64,000 nt of DNA from an uncultured Pseudomonadota bacterium (GTDB taxonomy: Bacteria; Oederibacteriota; Muellerivitia; Muellerivitales; Muellerivitaceae): assembly GCA_963836235.1 (NCBI GenBank), contig CAWIIP010000002.1:1248001-1312000 (forward strand), given 5' to 3'. This document shows positions 19,533 to 28,218 of this stretch, piece after piece (position 1 is the first letter of the stretch; each line of letters begins with the position of its first letter). The notes under the pieces are model-generated. The model made no database searches. It was not told the origin of the DNA and was given only the letters and a program-made list of their open reading frames with translations. Position numbers and translations under genes: made by a program.

Positions 19533-21125
19533 TTAATGAGCATCACCCGGTTTGGCCATCCTCACGGGTTTTTTCATGAAGAAAATGGGGATACCCGCCA
19601 GGGCAAAACCGATTACCATCACCCAACCCATCTGGTCGAAAGCCATGACGAAAGCCTGCTTCTTCACCCGAAAATAAGCTTCCTTAATGACAAGGGTATC
19701 GGGGTTATACATCCCAACCTCGTTGGAGAACTGGTAGGCCAGCCCCTTGGCACCCTGCGCCCATTGGCTGAAACCCATGCTCAAGGGGCTGATGTATTGG
19801 CGCAAGTGGTCGTAGGCCGTATCCGTGGACTTGTTGAACATGGTGGAGAGAATGGCGATTCCCAAACTGCCCCCCAATTGCCGCGACAGGTTCAACATGC
19901 CCGCGGCTTGGCCCAGCGCCGGGCCGCTGAACCCGCCCAAGACCATGGCGTTGACGGGAATGAAAACCGCCGCCATGCCCAAACCGCGAATCAAGAGAGG
20001 CCAAAAGAGGGTCCAATAGGTGGCTTGGGGCGAGAAGTGGGCGAGCATGAACAGGGCAGAGTCCACGCAACAGATGCCACAGAACATGAAAAGGCGCGGG
20101 TCGTGCTTCTGCAGCTGGCTTCCGATAATGGGCATCATCACTCCAGCCGCGATGGCGCCGGGGGTGAAAAGATTTCCCGTCTGGCTGGCGTCCATGTTCA
20201 GGATGTTGGAGGCGAAAATGGGAATGAAGAAAATAAGCCCATAGAGCATTCCCCCCACGCAGGCCATCATGATGGTTCCGTTGACGAGGGCCACGCTCTT
20301 GTAAAGCCTTAGGTCCATGATGGGATGTTTCGTTCTCAGTTCCCACCAGACGAAGGCCGGGATGCAGAGGGCGGCCACGATGGAGAAGGCTAACACGAGT
20401 TTGTTGGAAAACCAGTCATCCGCCTGGCCTCTTTCCAGCACATATTGCAGGCATCCGACGCCCACGATGAGGAAAGTCAGCCCAAGGCTGTCTACCGGCG
20501 CGGTTCTCGTGGCATGCCGGGCCGCGGCGTGTTCCCCGTCTTCCGCGTAGTCCGTCACGTAAAGGGAAGCGAGGAAAGCGGCCAGAATGCCCACGGGCAG
20601 GTTGATGTTGAAAATCATGCGCCAGCCGAAATGGTCGGTCAGGTATCCCCCCAAAGGAGGGCCAATGGTGGGGCCGATGATGACCACCATGCCGTAAAGA
20701 GCGCTGCCGATGCCGGAGCGCTTGCCGGGAAAGACTTCCTGGATCAGGGCCTGGGAGGTAGGCAAAAGCGCACCGCCCGCCGCGCCCTGGATCACGCGGA
20801 AAAGCACCAGGGTCCAGAGGTTGGGGGCCAGGCCGCAGGCCACCGAGGTGAGGATAAACAAGAGGATGCAGGTGATGTAATATTTGCGACGCCCGAAGCG
20901 GGTGGCCAGCCAACCTGAAATGGGCAGGATAATGGCGTTGGAAATGATATAGCCGGTTACCACCCAACCGATCTCGTCCAAGGTGGCGCCCAGGTTTCCC
21001 ATCATGGTGGGAATGGCCACGTTCACGATGGAGGTGTCCACGATCTCCAGCAGGGACGCGATACCGGCGGTAATAACGACCATCAAGGCCGCCCGGGAGA
21101 TTCCTTTTTCTTGTTGCTCGACCAT
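19533..21125 (-). CDS. emrB: DHA2 family MFS efflux permease (EmrB/QacA)
   Basis: 'DTSIVNVAIP', 'WVVTGY', 'GPTIGPPLGGYLTD..GWRMIFNINLPVG', about 14 TM. Confidence 0.9.
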   Translation of the reverse strand: MVEQQEKGISRAALMVVITAGIASLLEIVDTSIVNVAIPTMMGNLGATLDEIGWVVTGYIISNAIILPISGWLATRFGRRKYYITCILLFILTSVACGLAPNLWTLVLFRVIQGAAGGALLPTSQALIQEVFPGKRSGIGSALYGMVVIIGPTIGPPLGGYLTDHFGWRMIFNINLPVGILAAFLASLYVTDYAEDGEHAAARHATRTAPVDSLGLTFLIVGVGCLQYVLERGQADDWFSNKLVLAFSIVAALCIPAFVWWELRTKHPIMDLRLYKSVALVNGTIMMACVGGMLYGLIFFIPIFASNILNMDASQTGNLFTPGAIAAGVMMPIIGSQLQKHDPRLFMFCGICCVDSALFMLAHFSPQATYWTLFWPLLIRGLGMAAVFIPVNAMVLGGFSGPALGQAAGMLNLSRQLGGSLGIAILSTMFNKSTDTAYDHLRQYISPLSMGFSQWAQGAKGLAYQFSNEVGMYNPDTLVIKEAYFRVKKQAFVMAFDQMGWVMVIGFALAGIPIFFMKKPVRMAKPGDAH

Positions 21126-21242
21126 AAAAACCCCTTAAAACCCACTTCCAACGCGAATACCCCAAGAAAATTGCTTTTGTTTATCCGGCTTTCGCCTTAC
21201 TTCGCGTCTTGGCGTCTTCGGGTTAGATTTTGGTGCAATCCG

Positions 21243-22124
21243 TTAGTGTATTTTGATCTCAACGACGGCCGACAGACCCGCCGCCAGGCGGTCGATATCA
21301 TCGGTTGAAAGATTGTTGAGGCTGATCTTCACCGGCACGCGTTGGACCACCTTGGTAAAGTTGCCCGTGGAATTGTCCGGGGGCAGAAGCGTAAAGGTCG
21401 AACCCGTGGCGGAACCGATGCTGTCCACAACCCCGTCGAAGCTCTTACCCGAAACCGCGTCCACGTCCACGCTCACCTTTTGGCCCGGCTTGATGCGGGC
21501 AATCTGGGTTTCCTTGAAATTAGCCGTCACCCAACGTTCTTGGGAGGAAACGAAGCCGAAAAGAGCCTGGCCCGGGGGAACTACCATTCCCGGTTCAACC
21601 GATTTCTTGGCGATGGTGCCGTCCTCGGGAGCCGTGATCAGGGTGTAGGTCAGGTTGATCTTCGCCTGGTCCGCCTTGGCTTGGTCCGCCTTGAGGTGCG
21701 AGGCCAAGTTATGGTAACGGGCCACGGCGGCGTCCAACTGCTGTTTGGGAACGGCCTCTTCCTGGTAAAGCTTCGTGATGCGCTGGAGGTCTTGGGCGGC
21801 CTGCTCCAGGTCCGCCTGCACCGAAGCCTGGTCGGCCACAACCTGGCTATAGGCCGTGGAATAGTCCTGGTCGTCCAATTGGGCCAAAAGCTGTCCGGCC
21901 TTCACCTTGTCGTTCTCCTTGACCATCACCTTTTCCACCGTGCCACCGATGCGCGGCGCCAGCATAAGGGCATGGGCCTGGATATAGGCGTCATCGGTCC
22001 CCTCGTAGCGATAGTTCTTCACGATGAAGTAGGCGGCGATCAGGGCCGCCACGGCGCCGATGATCGGCAATATCGGCTTTTTCTTTCCTTCTTCCGCCGG
22101 GGCGTTAGGTGTCGTCTTAGTCAT
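21243..22124 (-). CDS. emrA: HlyD/EmrA family periplasmic adaptor
   Basis: 'TDDAY', 'ANFKETQ', 'LLPPDNSTGNFTKVVQRVPVKI'. Confidence 0.92.
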   Translation of the reverse strand: MTKTTPNAPAEEGKKKPILPIIGAVAALIAAYFIVKNYRYEGTDDAYIQAHALMLAPRIGGTVEKVMVKENDKVKAGQLLAQLDDQDYSTAYSQVVADQASVQADLEQAAQDLQRITKLYQEEAVPKQQLDAAVARYHNLASHLKADQAKADQAKINLTYTLITAPEDGTIAKKSVEPGMVVPPGQALFGFVSSQERWVTANFKETQIARIKPGQKVSVDVDAVSGKSFDGVVDSIGSATGSTFTLLPPDNSTGNFTKVVQRVPVKISLNNLSTDDIDRLAAGLSAVVEIKIH

Positions 22125-23481
22125 GGGTCAACCTCTTTCCTGTCACAAATTCCAAGTTAATGAGCGCCTCCAGGGCATTCAGCTGGGATTCCACCAGCCC
22201 CGCTGAGGCGCGGTACTCGTCAAACTCGGCGGTCAAAACATCGTTGGTGGTACGGGTTCCCGCCTTGAACCCCAAGGTGGCTAGCCTCGCGTTTTCCTTG
22301 GCCGTATCCACGTTCGTCAATTTGGCTTTATAGAGAGCCAGGCTGGAAACCAGCCGCCTTTTCCAAAGGTCAAAATCATAAGGCGTCTGGAGCTGAGCCT
22401 CTTCGTAATCGTCTTTCGCCTGCTTGGCCTTTTCATCCGCCTCGTTGGCCTTGGCCACCGAAAGCCCACCATCCAACAGGTCCCAAGTGGCGGCGGCACC
22501 GATGAAATAACTGTTTTGATAGATTCCCGTATTCGTAAGGGAAAAAGGGGCCAAGACGACACTCTGGCTGTCATACCACTGGTATTCGCCGACAAGGGAA
22601 ACCTTGGGAAACCAGAAACTATGGGAAGCCGCGCTTTGGTCTCCGGCGGCTAAAGCTTCGAGTTCTTTCGTCTTTAATTCTGGACTATCCTTAAAATCCG
22701 CCTCTGAGGCGATTTTCATGAGTTCGTTTTCATCTAGTGCTGGAAGCTGGCCCGAGAGAGGACGGTCGTCCCTTTTTAATCCCATGACCTGGGTTAGGCT
22801 TTCCCTCGCCAAGGAAAGGTTGTCATGCGCGGTAATTTGGTCCGATTGGGCCTCAGACAATTCCACTTGCACCTGGAGGACGTCGTATTTAGTGGCTTGA
22901 CCGTTATCTAGCTGGTCTTGGACGATGCGCAGGTGGTCTTGCAGGGTTTTCACATTTTGGTCCGCCATATCGGAAAGAAGTTGGGAAGCTTGGGATTCGT
23001 AAAACTTGAGGCGGACCGTTTCCTGCAGTTGAAGCAGGGCAAAATCCGATTGAACGCGGGCGGCCTCATGGCTGTTATTGGCGGCGTCCAGTTTATGGAT
23101 ATTCCGGAACCCGTCAAAAAGGTCGAAACTGGCGTCCAAGGATAAGGTGGTTTCCGGGAAATTTTCCGGAAAGTTGATGGGAGAACCGCCAAAATTCACT
23201 TCTTCACTTCCAAATTTAATAGTATTACCCCTAAAAAAATCCTCACCCTTGGCCGAAACATGCGGCACGAACCCGTCGGAGATGGCTTCCAATTGGCCCC
23301 AGCCGGTTTCCCGCTCGGCATCCTGCGCCTTGCGATAAACGGGCGAATGCTCCAAGGCTTCCTTTTGCGCGGCTTCCAGGGTGAGACTACTTGAAACAAC
23401 CGGAGAAGCCCCATCCTGAGCTCGGGTCAACCCGATCGCCGAAAAAAACAACGCCATTGAAATCAAAAAGGAATACTTCAT
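22117..23481 (-). CDS. TolC family outer-membrane efflux protein
   Basis: Signal peptide from ATG 23481 (AGGAG RBS), two OEP repeats ('G.ATKYDVLQ', 'G.RTT.DVL'), operonic with emrAB. Confidence 0.88.
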   Translation of the reverse strand: MKYSFLISMALFFSAIGLTRAQDGASPVVSSSLTLEAAQKEALEHSPVYRKAQDAERETGWGQLEAISDGFVPHVSAKGEDFFRGNTIKFGSEEVNFGGSPINFPENFPETTLSLDASFDLFDGFRNIHKLDAANNSHEAARVQSDFALLQLQETVRLKFYESQASQLLSDMADQNVKTLQDHLRIVQDQLDNGQATKYDVLQVQVELSEAQSDQITAHDNLSLARESLTQVMGLKRDDRPLSGQLPALDENELMKIASEADFKDSPELKTKELEALAAGDQSAASHSFWFPKVSLVGEYQWYDSQSVVLAPFSLTNTGIYQNSYFIGAAATWDLLDGGLSVAKANEADEKAKQAKDDYEEAQLQTPYDFDLWKRRLVSSLALYKAKLTNVDTAKENARLATLGFKAGTRTTNDVLTAEFDEYRASAGLVESQLNALEALINLEFVTGKRLTHD

Positions 23482-23485
23482 GAGA

Positions 23486-23983
23486 TTATTTCTCCTTAGT
23501 CGCTTCTTCATGATGATGGGACAACACCAAGTGTTTCAATATCCGGCTTAATTCCTTCTGATCTTTCGCTGGGAGGAAGGATAGGAACTTGCGTTCCGCC
23601 GCCAAGCCCAGTTGCATGGCCCTGGGAAGCGTTTCCTTTCCTTTGGCTGTCAGGTAAATGGCGTGGGCCCGCCGGTCCGTCGGATGGGCCCTGCGCTCCA
23701 CCAATCCCAATTTTTCCAGGTCATCAATGACCGCCACCATCGTGGTCCGGTCCACGTGCATGCATTTGCCGATTTCCTGCTGGGGCAAGGAACCCTTCTC
23801 CCGGATCGTCAGCATAATGCCCAGGTGCTTTCCCGTCAGGCCATGCGGCGCGAGGGCTTCTTCGGTGACCTCCCGGAATTTTTGGGCGGCGCGGTTAAGG
23901 AGAAACCCCATTCGGTCGAGTACCGCTTCCGGGATTTCGTGCCCCGCAGGGAGGGATTGTTTTAATTTCAAGATGGGCGTCAT
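23486..23983 (-). CDS. MarR family transcriptional regulator
   Basis: 'QQEIG...VDRTTM..IDDLEKLGLVERRAHPTDRRA..IYLT.KG'. Likely start ATG 23983 (GAGG RBS). Confidence 0.92.
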   Translation of the reverse strand: MTPILKLKQSLPAGHEIPEAVLDRMGFLLNRAAQKFREVTEEALAPHGLTGKHLGIMLTIREKGSLPQQEIGKCMHVDRTTMVAVIDDLEKLGLVERRAHPTDRRAHAIYLTAKGKETLPRAMQLGLAAERKFLSFLPAKDQKELSRILKHLVLSHHHEEATKEK

Positions 23984-24005
23984 AAAACCTCTCAAGTTCA
24001 ACTTG

Positions 24006-24044
24006 CTGATCATCAGTAATACTGATTATCAGTATCTATGTCAA
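24006..24044 (-). promoter_or_regulatory. Sigma70 promoter of marR-tolC-emrAB overlapped by two tandem palindromic operators
   Basis: Minus strand TTGACA(24044-24039)-N17-TATTAC. Palindromes CTGATcATCAG (24006-24016) and ATACTGATtATCAGTAT (24019-24035). Confidence 0.75.
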
Positions 24045-24129
24045 TACCCCCTAAAAATTTAACCGATAGGAAATCCGAACCTGGAAACGATTGTCGTTCC
24101 CAAAGTCCGGACCCTTGTTTTGACTTTAA

Positions 24130-24444
24130 TTAGTTTTTTACAGGTGGCGCCGGCGCGGCTTGAGGCGCTGAAGTTGTGGGAGCACCGTAATAGCCAGGAT
24201 ACCCGCCGCAATAAGGCCGGTGCCAAAGGTGGCAGAGGCCAAAAATCACCAGGCCCACGATCAAAATCTTGAAAATTCCACCGCTACAACGATGGCTGTG
24301 GCATCCATAACCCTGCCAGCCCCCGCCCCATCGTCCCATGCCCCGCATGCCGCCGAAGTTTTCCTTGAAAAACTCTTTCCGGGTTTCCATGCGCAACTTC
24401 TCTTCCGCGACAATTCGTTCCTTATCTTGTTCGTTAAGTTCCAT
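24130..24444 (-). CDS. Small single-TM hypothetical protein divergent from the two-component system
   Basis: AAGGAG RBS, charged helical N-terminus, Gly/Trp/Cys/His segment, TM helix, Pro/Ala tail. Confidence 0.7.
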   Translation of the reverse strand: MELNEQDKERIVAEEKLRMETRKEFFKENFGGMRGMGRWGGGWQGYGCHSHRCSGGIFKILIVGLVIFGLCHLWHRPYCGGYPGYYGAPTTSAPQAAPAPPVKN

Positions 24445-24541
24445 CTTGTTTCTCCTTGAGTTTCGATTGGAAGGCCTAAGCTTTCCATGGATGATTTATA
24501 GGACTTGCCCCGGTAAAAAGCTTTTCAGCGGTGTTTCGCTT

Positions 24542-24557
24542 TGTAACAAAGTGTAAC
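24542..24557. promoter_or_regulatory. OmpR/CpxR-type direct-repeat binding box
   Basis: TGTAAC-N4-TGTAAC (10-bp period), resembling the CpxR box GTAAA-N5-GTAAA. A further inverted GTTACA lies near 24584. Confidence 0.55.
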
Positions 24558-24609
24558 GTTCGAGCCCGGGACAGAGTGCGCGTGTTACAATTCAAAACAG
24601 GACAAAACA

Positions 24610-25320
24610 ATGACCCCCAAAAAACAGATCCTTATCATCGACGACGACCAGAAGCTCAATGACCTGTTGAAAAGCTACCTGGTGAAGTTCGAGATGAACG
24701 TGACTTCCACCACCCATCCCAACGAGGGCCTGGACCTGCTTAAAAAGCGCGGCCCCGACCTGGTCATCCTGGACGTGATGCTTCCGGGCAAGGACGGTTT
24801 CGCGGTCTGCAAGGAAATCCGAAAATCCTCCAAGGTTCCCATCATCATGCTCACCGCCCGGGGGGACGTCACCGACCGGGTGGTGGGGTTGGAGATCGGC
24901 GCCGACGACTACCTGCCCAAACCCTTCGAGCCGCGCGAACTGGTGGCCCGCATCCAAACCGTGTTGCGCCGCCTGGCGCCGCCCCCGGCGCCAGGCGCGG
25001 GCCTGTTGAAATCGGACGGCCTGACGGCGGATTTAGGGAAACGGGCGGCGGCCCTCAAGCGAAAGGACCTGGGCCTGACCACGACCGAATTCGAGATCCT
25101 GGCTTTCTTCATGAAGAACCCCGGAATCGTATTGAACCGCGACCGGATCATGGAGTATTTGAAAGGCATCGAATGCGAGGCCTTCAACCGTTCCATCGAC
25201 ATCGCCGTCAGCCGCTTGCGCAAAAAGCTCAAGGACCCGGCGGATAAGCCGAAGTTCTTCAAAACCGTCTGGGGCGAGGGTTATTTGTTCGTCGGCAAGG
25301 TGATGGCTCATGGAACCTAA
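24610..25320 (+). CDS. OmpR-family response regulator
   Basis: Receiver 'IIDDD...LDVMLPGKDG...MLTARG...GADDYLPKPF' and winged helix 'RSIDIAVSRLRKKL...KTVWGEGY'. Confidence 0.95.
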   Translation: MTPKKQILIIDDDQKLNDLLKSYLVKFEMNVTSTTHPNEGLDLLKKRGPDLVILDVMLPGKDGFAVCKEIRKSSKVPIIMLTARGDVTDRVVGLEIGADDYLPKPFEPRELVARIQTVLRRLAPPPAPGAGLLKSDGLTADLGKRAAALKRKDLGLTTTEFEILAFFMKNPGIVLNRDRIMEYLKGIECEAFNRSIDIAVSRLRKKLKDPADKPKFFKTVWGEGYLFVGKVMAHGT

Positions 25321-26356
25321 AGACCCTAAATGGTGTCCCAATCCCTATTGGAAGGGAGGCCGGGGATCCTGGAAATGGCAAGGGGTCCGTCCACCCCGCC
25401 ATTGGTTCTTTATGCGGATTTTCTTCCTCTTGTTCTGGGTCTGCGTCATATGGATCGCCATATCCCTTTTTTCCAGCGGAAGTTTTTCTCTTCGGCGTGT
25501 CCCCCATTACCTGGGTTGGACTTTATTGGTCATGGCGCCTTGCTTTTTCATGCTAAAGCGGATGTTCCGTCCGCTGCGCATGCTCTTGAAGGGCGTTAAG
25601 GAGGTTTCCGAGGGCAAGCTGGATTTTCAATTCGAGGCCAAGGGGCGCCACGGCGAAATCCATTACCTGGCCGAGAGCTTCAACCTGATGGTGCAACGCA
25701 TCCGAGAAATGGTGCAGTCCAAGGACCAGCTGCTCTTGGATGTCAGCCACGAGCTGCGAAGCCCGCTCACCCGCCTCAAGGTCGCCCTGGAAATGACGCC
25801 CAAAGGAAAGATGAAGGATTCCATGCTGCGGGACGTCTCGGAAATGGAAACCATGATCACCGAGATCCTGGAGACCGAGCGCCTCAAAAACGGCAACGGA
25901 AAATTGGCCTTGGGACCGGTGGATCTGGCCGCCTTGGCCCGGGAAACCCAGGCCAAATTCAAATCCCGCAAGCCGGGGGTGAGGATGTTGGGAAAACAAA
26001 AGGCGCTGGTTGTCCAGGCCGACGAAGCCCGGGTCAAAACGGTTTTGGGAAACATCCTGGAGAACGCCCTCAAATATTCGGCGGGCCGCAAGAAGCCGGT
26101 GGAGATCCATCTCTCCCAGGATGAAAAGGAAGCGACCCTGGCCGTGCGGGATTTCGGCCAAGGTATTCCCCTGGAAGACCAGGAAAAAGTCTTCGAGCCT
26201 TTTTACCGGGTGGATAAATCCCGCACCAAGGATACGGGCGGTTATGGACTGGGCTTGAGCCTCTGTCGCGAGATCATGCTCGCCCACGGTGGGGATATCC
26301 GACTGGAAAGTGAACCCGGCCAGGGAACGAAAGTGACCCTTTATTTCCCCCTTTAA
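25310..26356 (+). CDS. HAMP-domain sensor histidine kinase
   Basis: Two close TM helices, HAMP, H-box 'DVSHELRSPL', N-box 'NILENALKY', G-boxes 'DFGQGI' and 'GGYGLGL'. Confidence 0.95.
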   Translation: MEPKDPKWCPNPYWKGGRGSWKWQGVRPPRHWFFMRIFFLLFWVCVIWIAISLFSSGSFSLRRVPHYLGWTLLVMAPCFFMLKRMFRPLRMLLKGVKEVSEGKLDFQFEAKGRHGEIHYLAESFNLMVQRIREMVQSKDQLLLDVSHELRSPLTRLKVALEMTPKGKMKDSMLRDVSEMETMITEILETERLKNGNGKLALGPVDLAALARETQAKFKSRKPGVRMLGKQKALVVQADEARVKTVLGNILENALKYSAGRKKPVEIHLSQDEKEATLAVRDFGQGIPLEDQEKVFEPFYRVDKSRTKDTGGYGLGLSLCREIMLAHGGDIRLESEPGQGTKVTLYFPL

Positions 26357-26421
26357 CCGTCGCGGCCCAAAGTCCCACGAAAAGGCTTGACCATCCCGAG
26401 GGTGGCGTTTAGTCTTTTCCC

Positions 26422-28137
26422 ATGAATAAAGCGATCGCGTTCCTTAAGGCGCAGTTAGCTTCTATTAAAACCCCTTCCTTCCTCCGATTCCTCGTTCATG
26501 TCAAACACCTTAAACCCGAACCGCTCCCCTGGTTCACCCGGGGGGACTTGGACGGCTTTTTCGGTCTTTTCATCGATAATCTGCTTCAACTAATGCTGAT
26601 CGGTTATCTTTGCAAGGTTTTATGCGGTTTTCCCGCCGATTTCATCACCGGTCAGGTCCTTCCGGGGGCCGCCTTTTCCATCCTTTTGGGAAACCTCTTT
26701 TACGCCTGGCAGGCCCGCCAACTCGCCTTAAAAACCGGCCGCAACGACGTAACCGCCTTGCCTTTCGGCATCAACACGCCCAGCTTGATAGCCTTTATTG
26801 TCCTGATCATGGCTCCCGTCTTCCGGGATACGGGTAACTTCAAGCTGGCCTGGCAGGCCGGTCTCTTCGCCTGTTTCCTGAACGGGCTGATGGAAATCGG
26901 CGGCGCCTACGTGGGAGACTGGCTGAGGAATCACACCCCCCGGGCGGCCTTGCTTTGCGCCCTGGCGGGGATCGCCATCACCTTCATCGCCATGGATTTC
27001 ATTTTCCAAATCTTCGCCAACCCCCTGATCGGCGTCTTCCCGACTTTCCTGATTCTCCTGTCCTACGCATCCCGGCTGAAATGGCCCTTGTCGCTTCCCG
27101 GGGGGTTCCTCGCGGTTTTAATCGGAACTCTTCTTTATTGGATTTTCCACGCCATCAATCCCGCTTTAGCTTCTTCCAACATGTCCACCGACCCCATTAG
27201 CTGGTCCCTTTACCTTCCCAAACCGGTTCCCCTTGACCTCTTCGCCCTTCTCTTTAATGCCACCGGCTGGAAATATCTGGCCGTTATTTTTCCCATGGGG
27301 CTATTCAACGTCGTCGGGTCCCTGCAAAACCTGGAAAGCGCCGAGGCAGGCGGGGACCGCTTCCCCACCAAGCCATCTTTATTGTGGAACGGCATCGCCA
27401 CCATCCTGGCGGGCTTCTTGGGCAGTCCATTCCCCACCACCATCTATATCGGCCACCCGGGCTGGAAGGCCATGGGCGCCCGGCACGGTTACTCCATCTT
27501 GAACGGGTCGCTCATCACCCTGGTCTGCCTCACCGGGGGAGTCGGTTTATTCCTGAGAATCGTCCCCAGGGAATGCATTTTCGGGATCCTGCTTTGGATC
27601 GCCATCATCATCACGGCCCAAGCCTTCATGGAAATACCCAAGGAACATTCATTGGCGGTGGCATTCGGATTGATTCCGGCTTTCGCCGCCTATTGCTTCT
27701 ATTTAATCGACACGACCCTGCGGGTTACGGGAACCCCCTTAACCGTCGCGATGGCGGACAAGCTCACCGGGGAAAACCTGTTTATCCGGGGGATTATTGT
27801 TCTCAACCAAGGATCCCTGCTGATCTCGATGATCTTCGCCGCCATTATGGTTTTCCTCATTGATCGAAAATTCGACAAGGCCGCCTGGTGGATCTTCGCG
27901 GCCGCCGGCTTTTCTTTTATCGGGCTCATCCATGCCTACCGTTTGACGGACACGGGGGTCCAAAATGGTTTCGGAAACGCCGCCAACCCGAAGATCGGCC
28001 TGATGTATGTTCTGGTGGGGGTTATCTTTCTCTTGCTGCATTTCCAACAAAAATCCAACGCCAAACCCCTTCGCCGAAAAAAGAAAGCTAAGGTCGAAGA
28101 ACCTCCCCCCCAAAAAAGCAAGGTCAGTTATCTTTAA
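26422..28137 (+). CDS. NCS2-family (xanthine/uracil/AzgA-like) permease
   Basis: 'GDLDGFFGLFIDNL', 'TALPFGINTPS', 'NLESAEAGGD', 'FPTTIYIGHPGWK', many TM segments. Confidence 0.82.
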   Translation: MNKAIAFLKAQLASIKTPSFLRFLVHVKHLKPEPLPWFTRGDLDGFFGLFIDNLLQLMLIGYLCKVLCGFPADFITGQVLPGAAFSILLGNLFYAWQARQLALKTGRNDVTALPFGINTPSLIAFIVLIMAPVFRDTGNFKLAWQAGLFACFLNGLMEIGGAYVGDWLRNHTPRAALLCALAGIAITFIAMDFIFQIFANPLIGVFPTFLILLSYASRLKWPLSLPGGFLAVLIGTLLYWIFHAINPALASSNMSTDPISWSLYLPKPVPLDLFALLFNATGWKYLAVIFPMGLFNVVGSLQNLESAEAGGDRFPTKPSLLWNGIATILAGFLGSPFPTTIYIGHPGWKAMGARHGYSILNGSLITLVCLTGGVGLFLRIVPRECIFGILLWIAIIITAQAFMEIPKEHSLAVAFGLIPAFAAYCFYLIDTTLRVTGTPLTVAMADKLTGENLFIRGIIVLNQGSLLISMIFAAIMVFLIDRKFDKAAWWIFAAAGFSFIGLIHAYRLTDTGVQNGFGNAANPKIGLMYVLVGVIFLLLHFQQKSNAKPLRRKKKAKVEEPPPQKSKVSYL

Positions 28138-28218
28138 CGGTCTGTCGGCGGGGTCCTGAAAAATATATTCAGCGCCAGTTAAAAACCGCTTTCCGGCCCG
28201 ATAAACGAGGTTCCCTTT

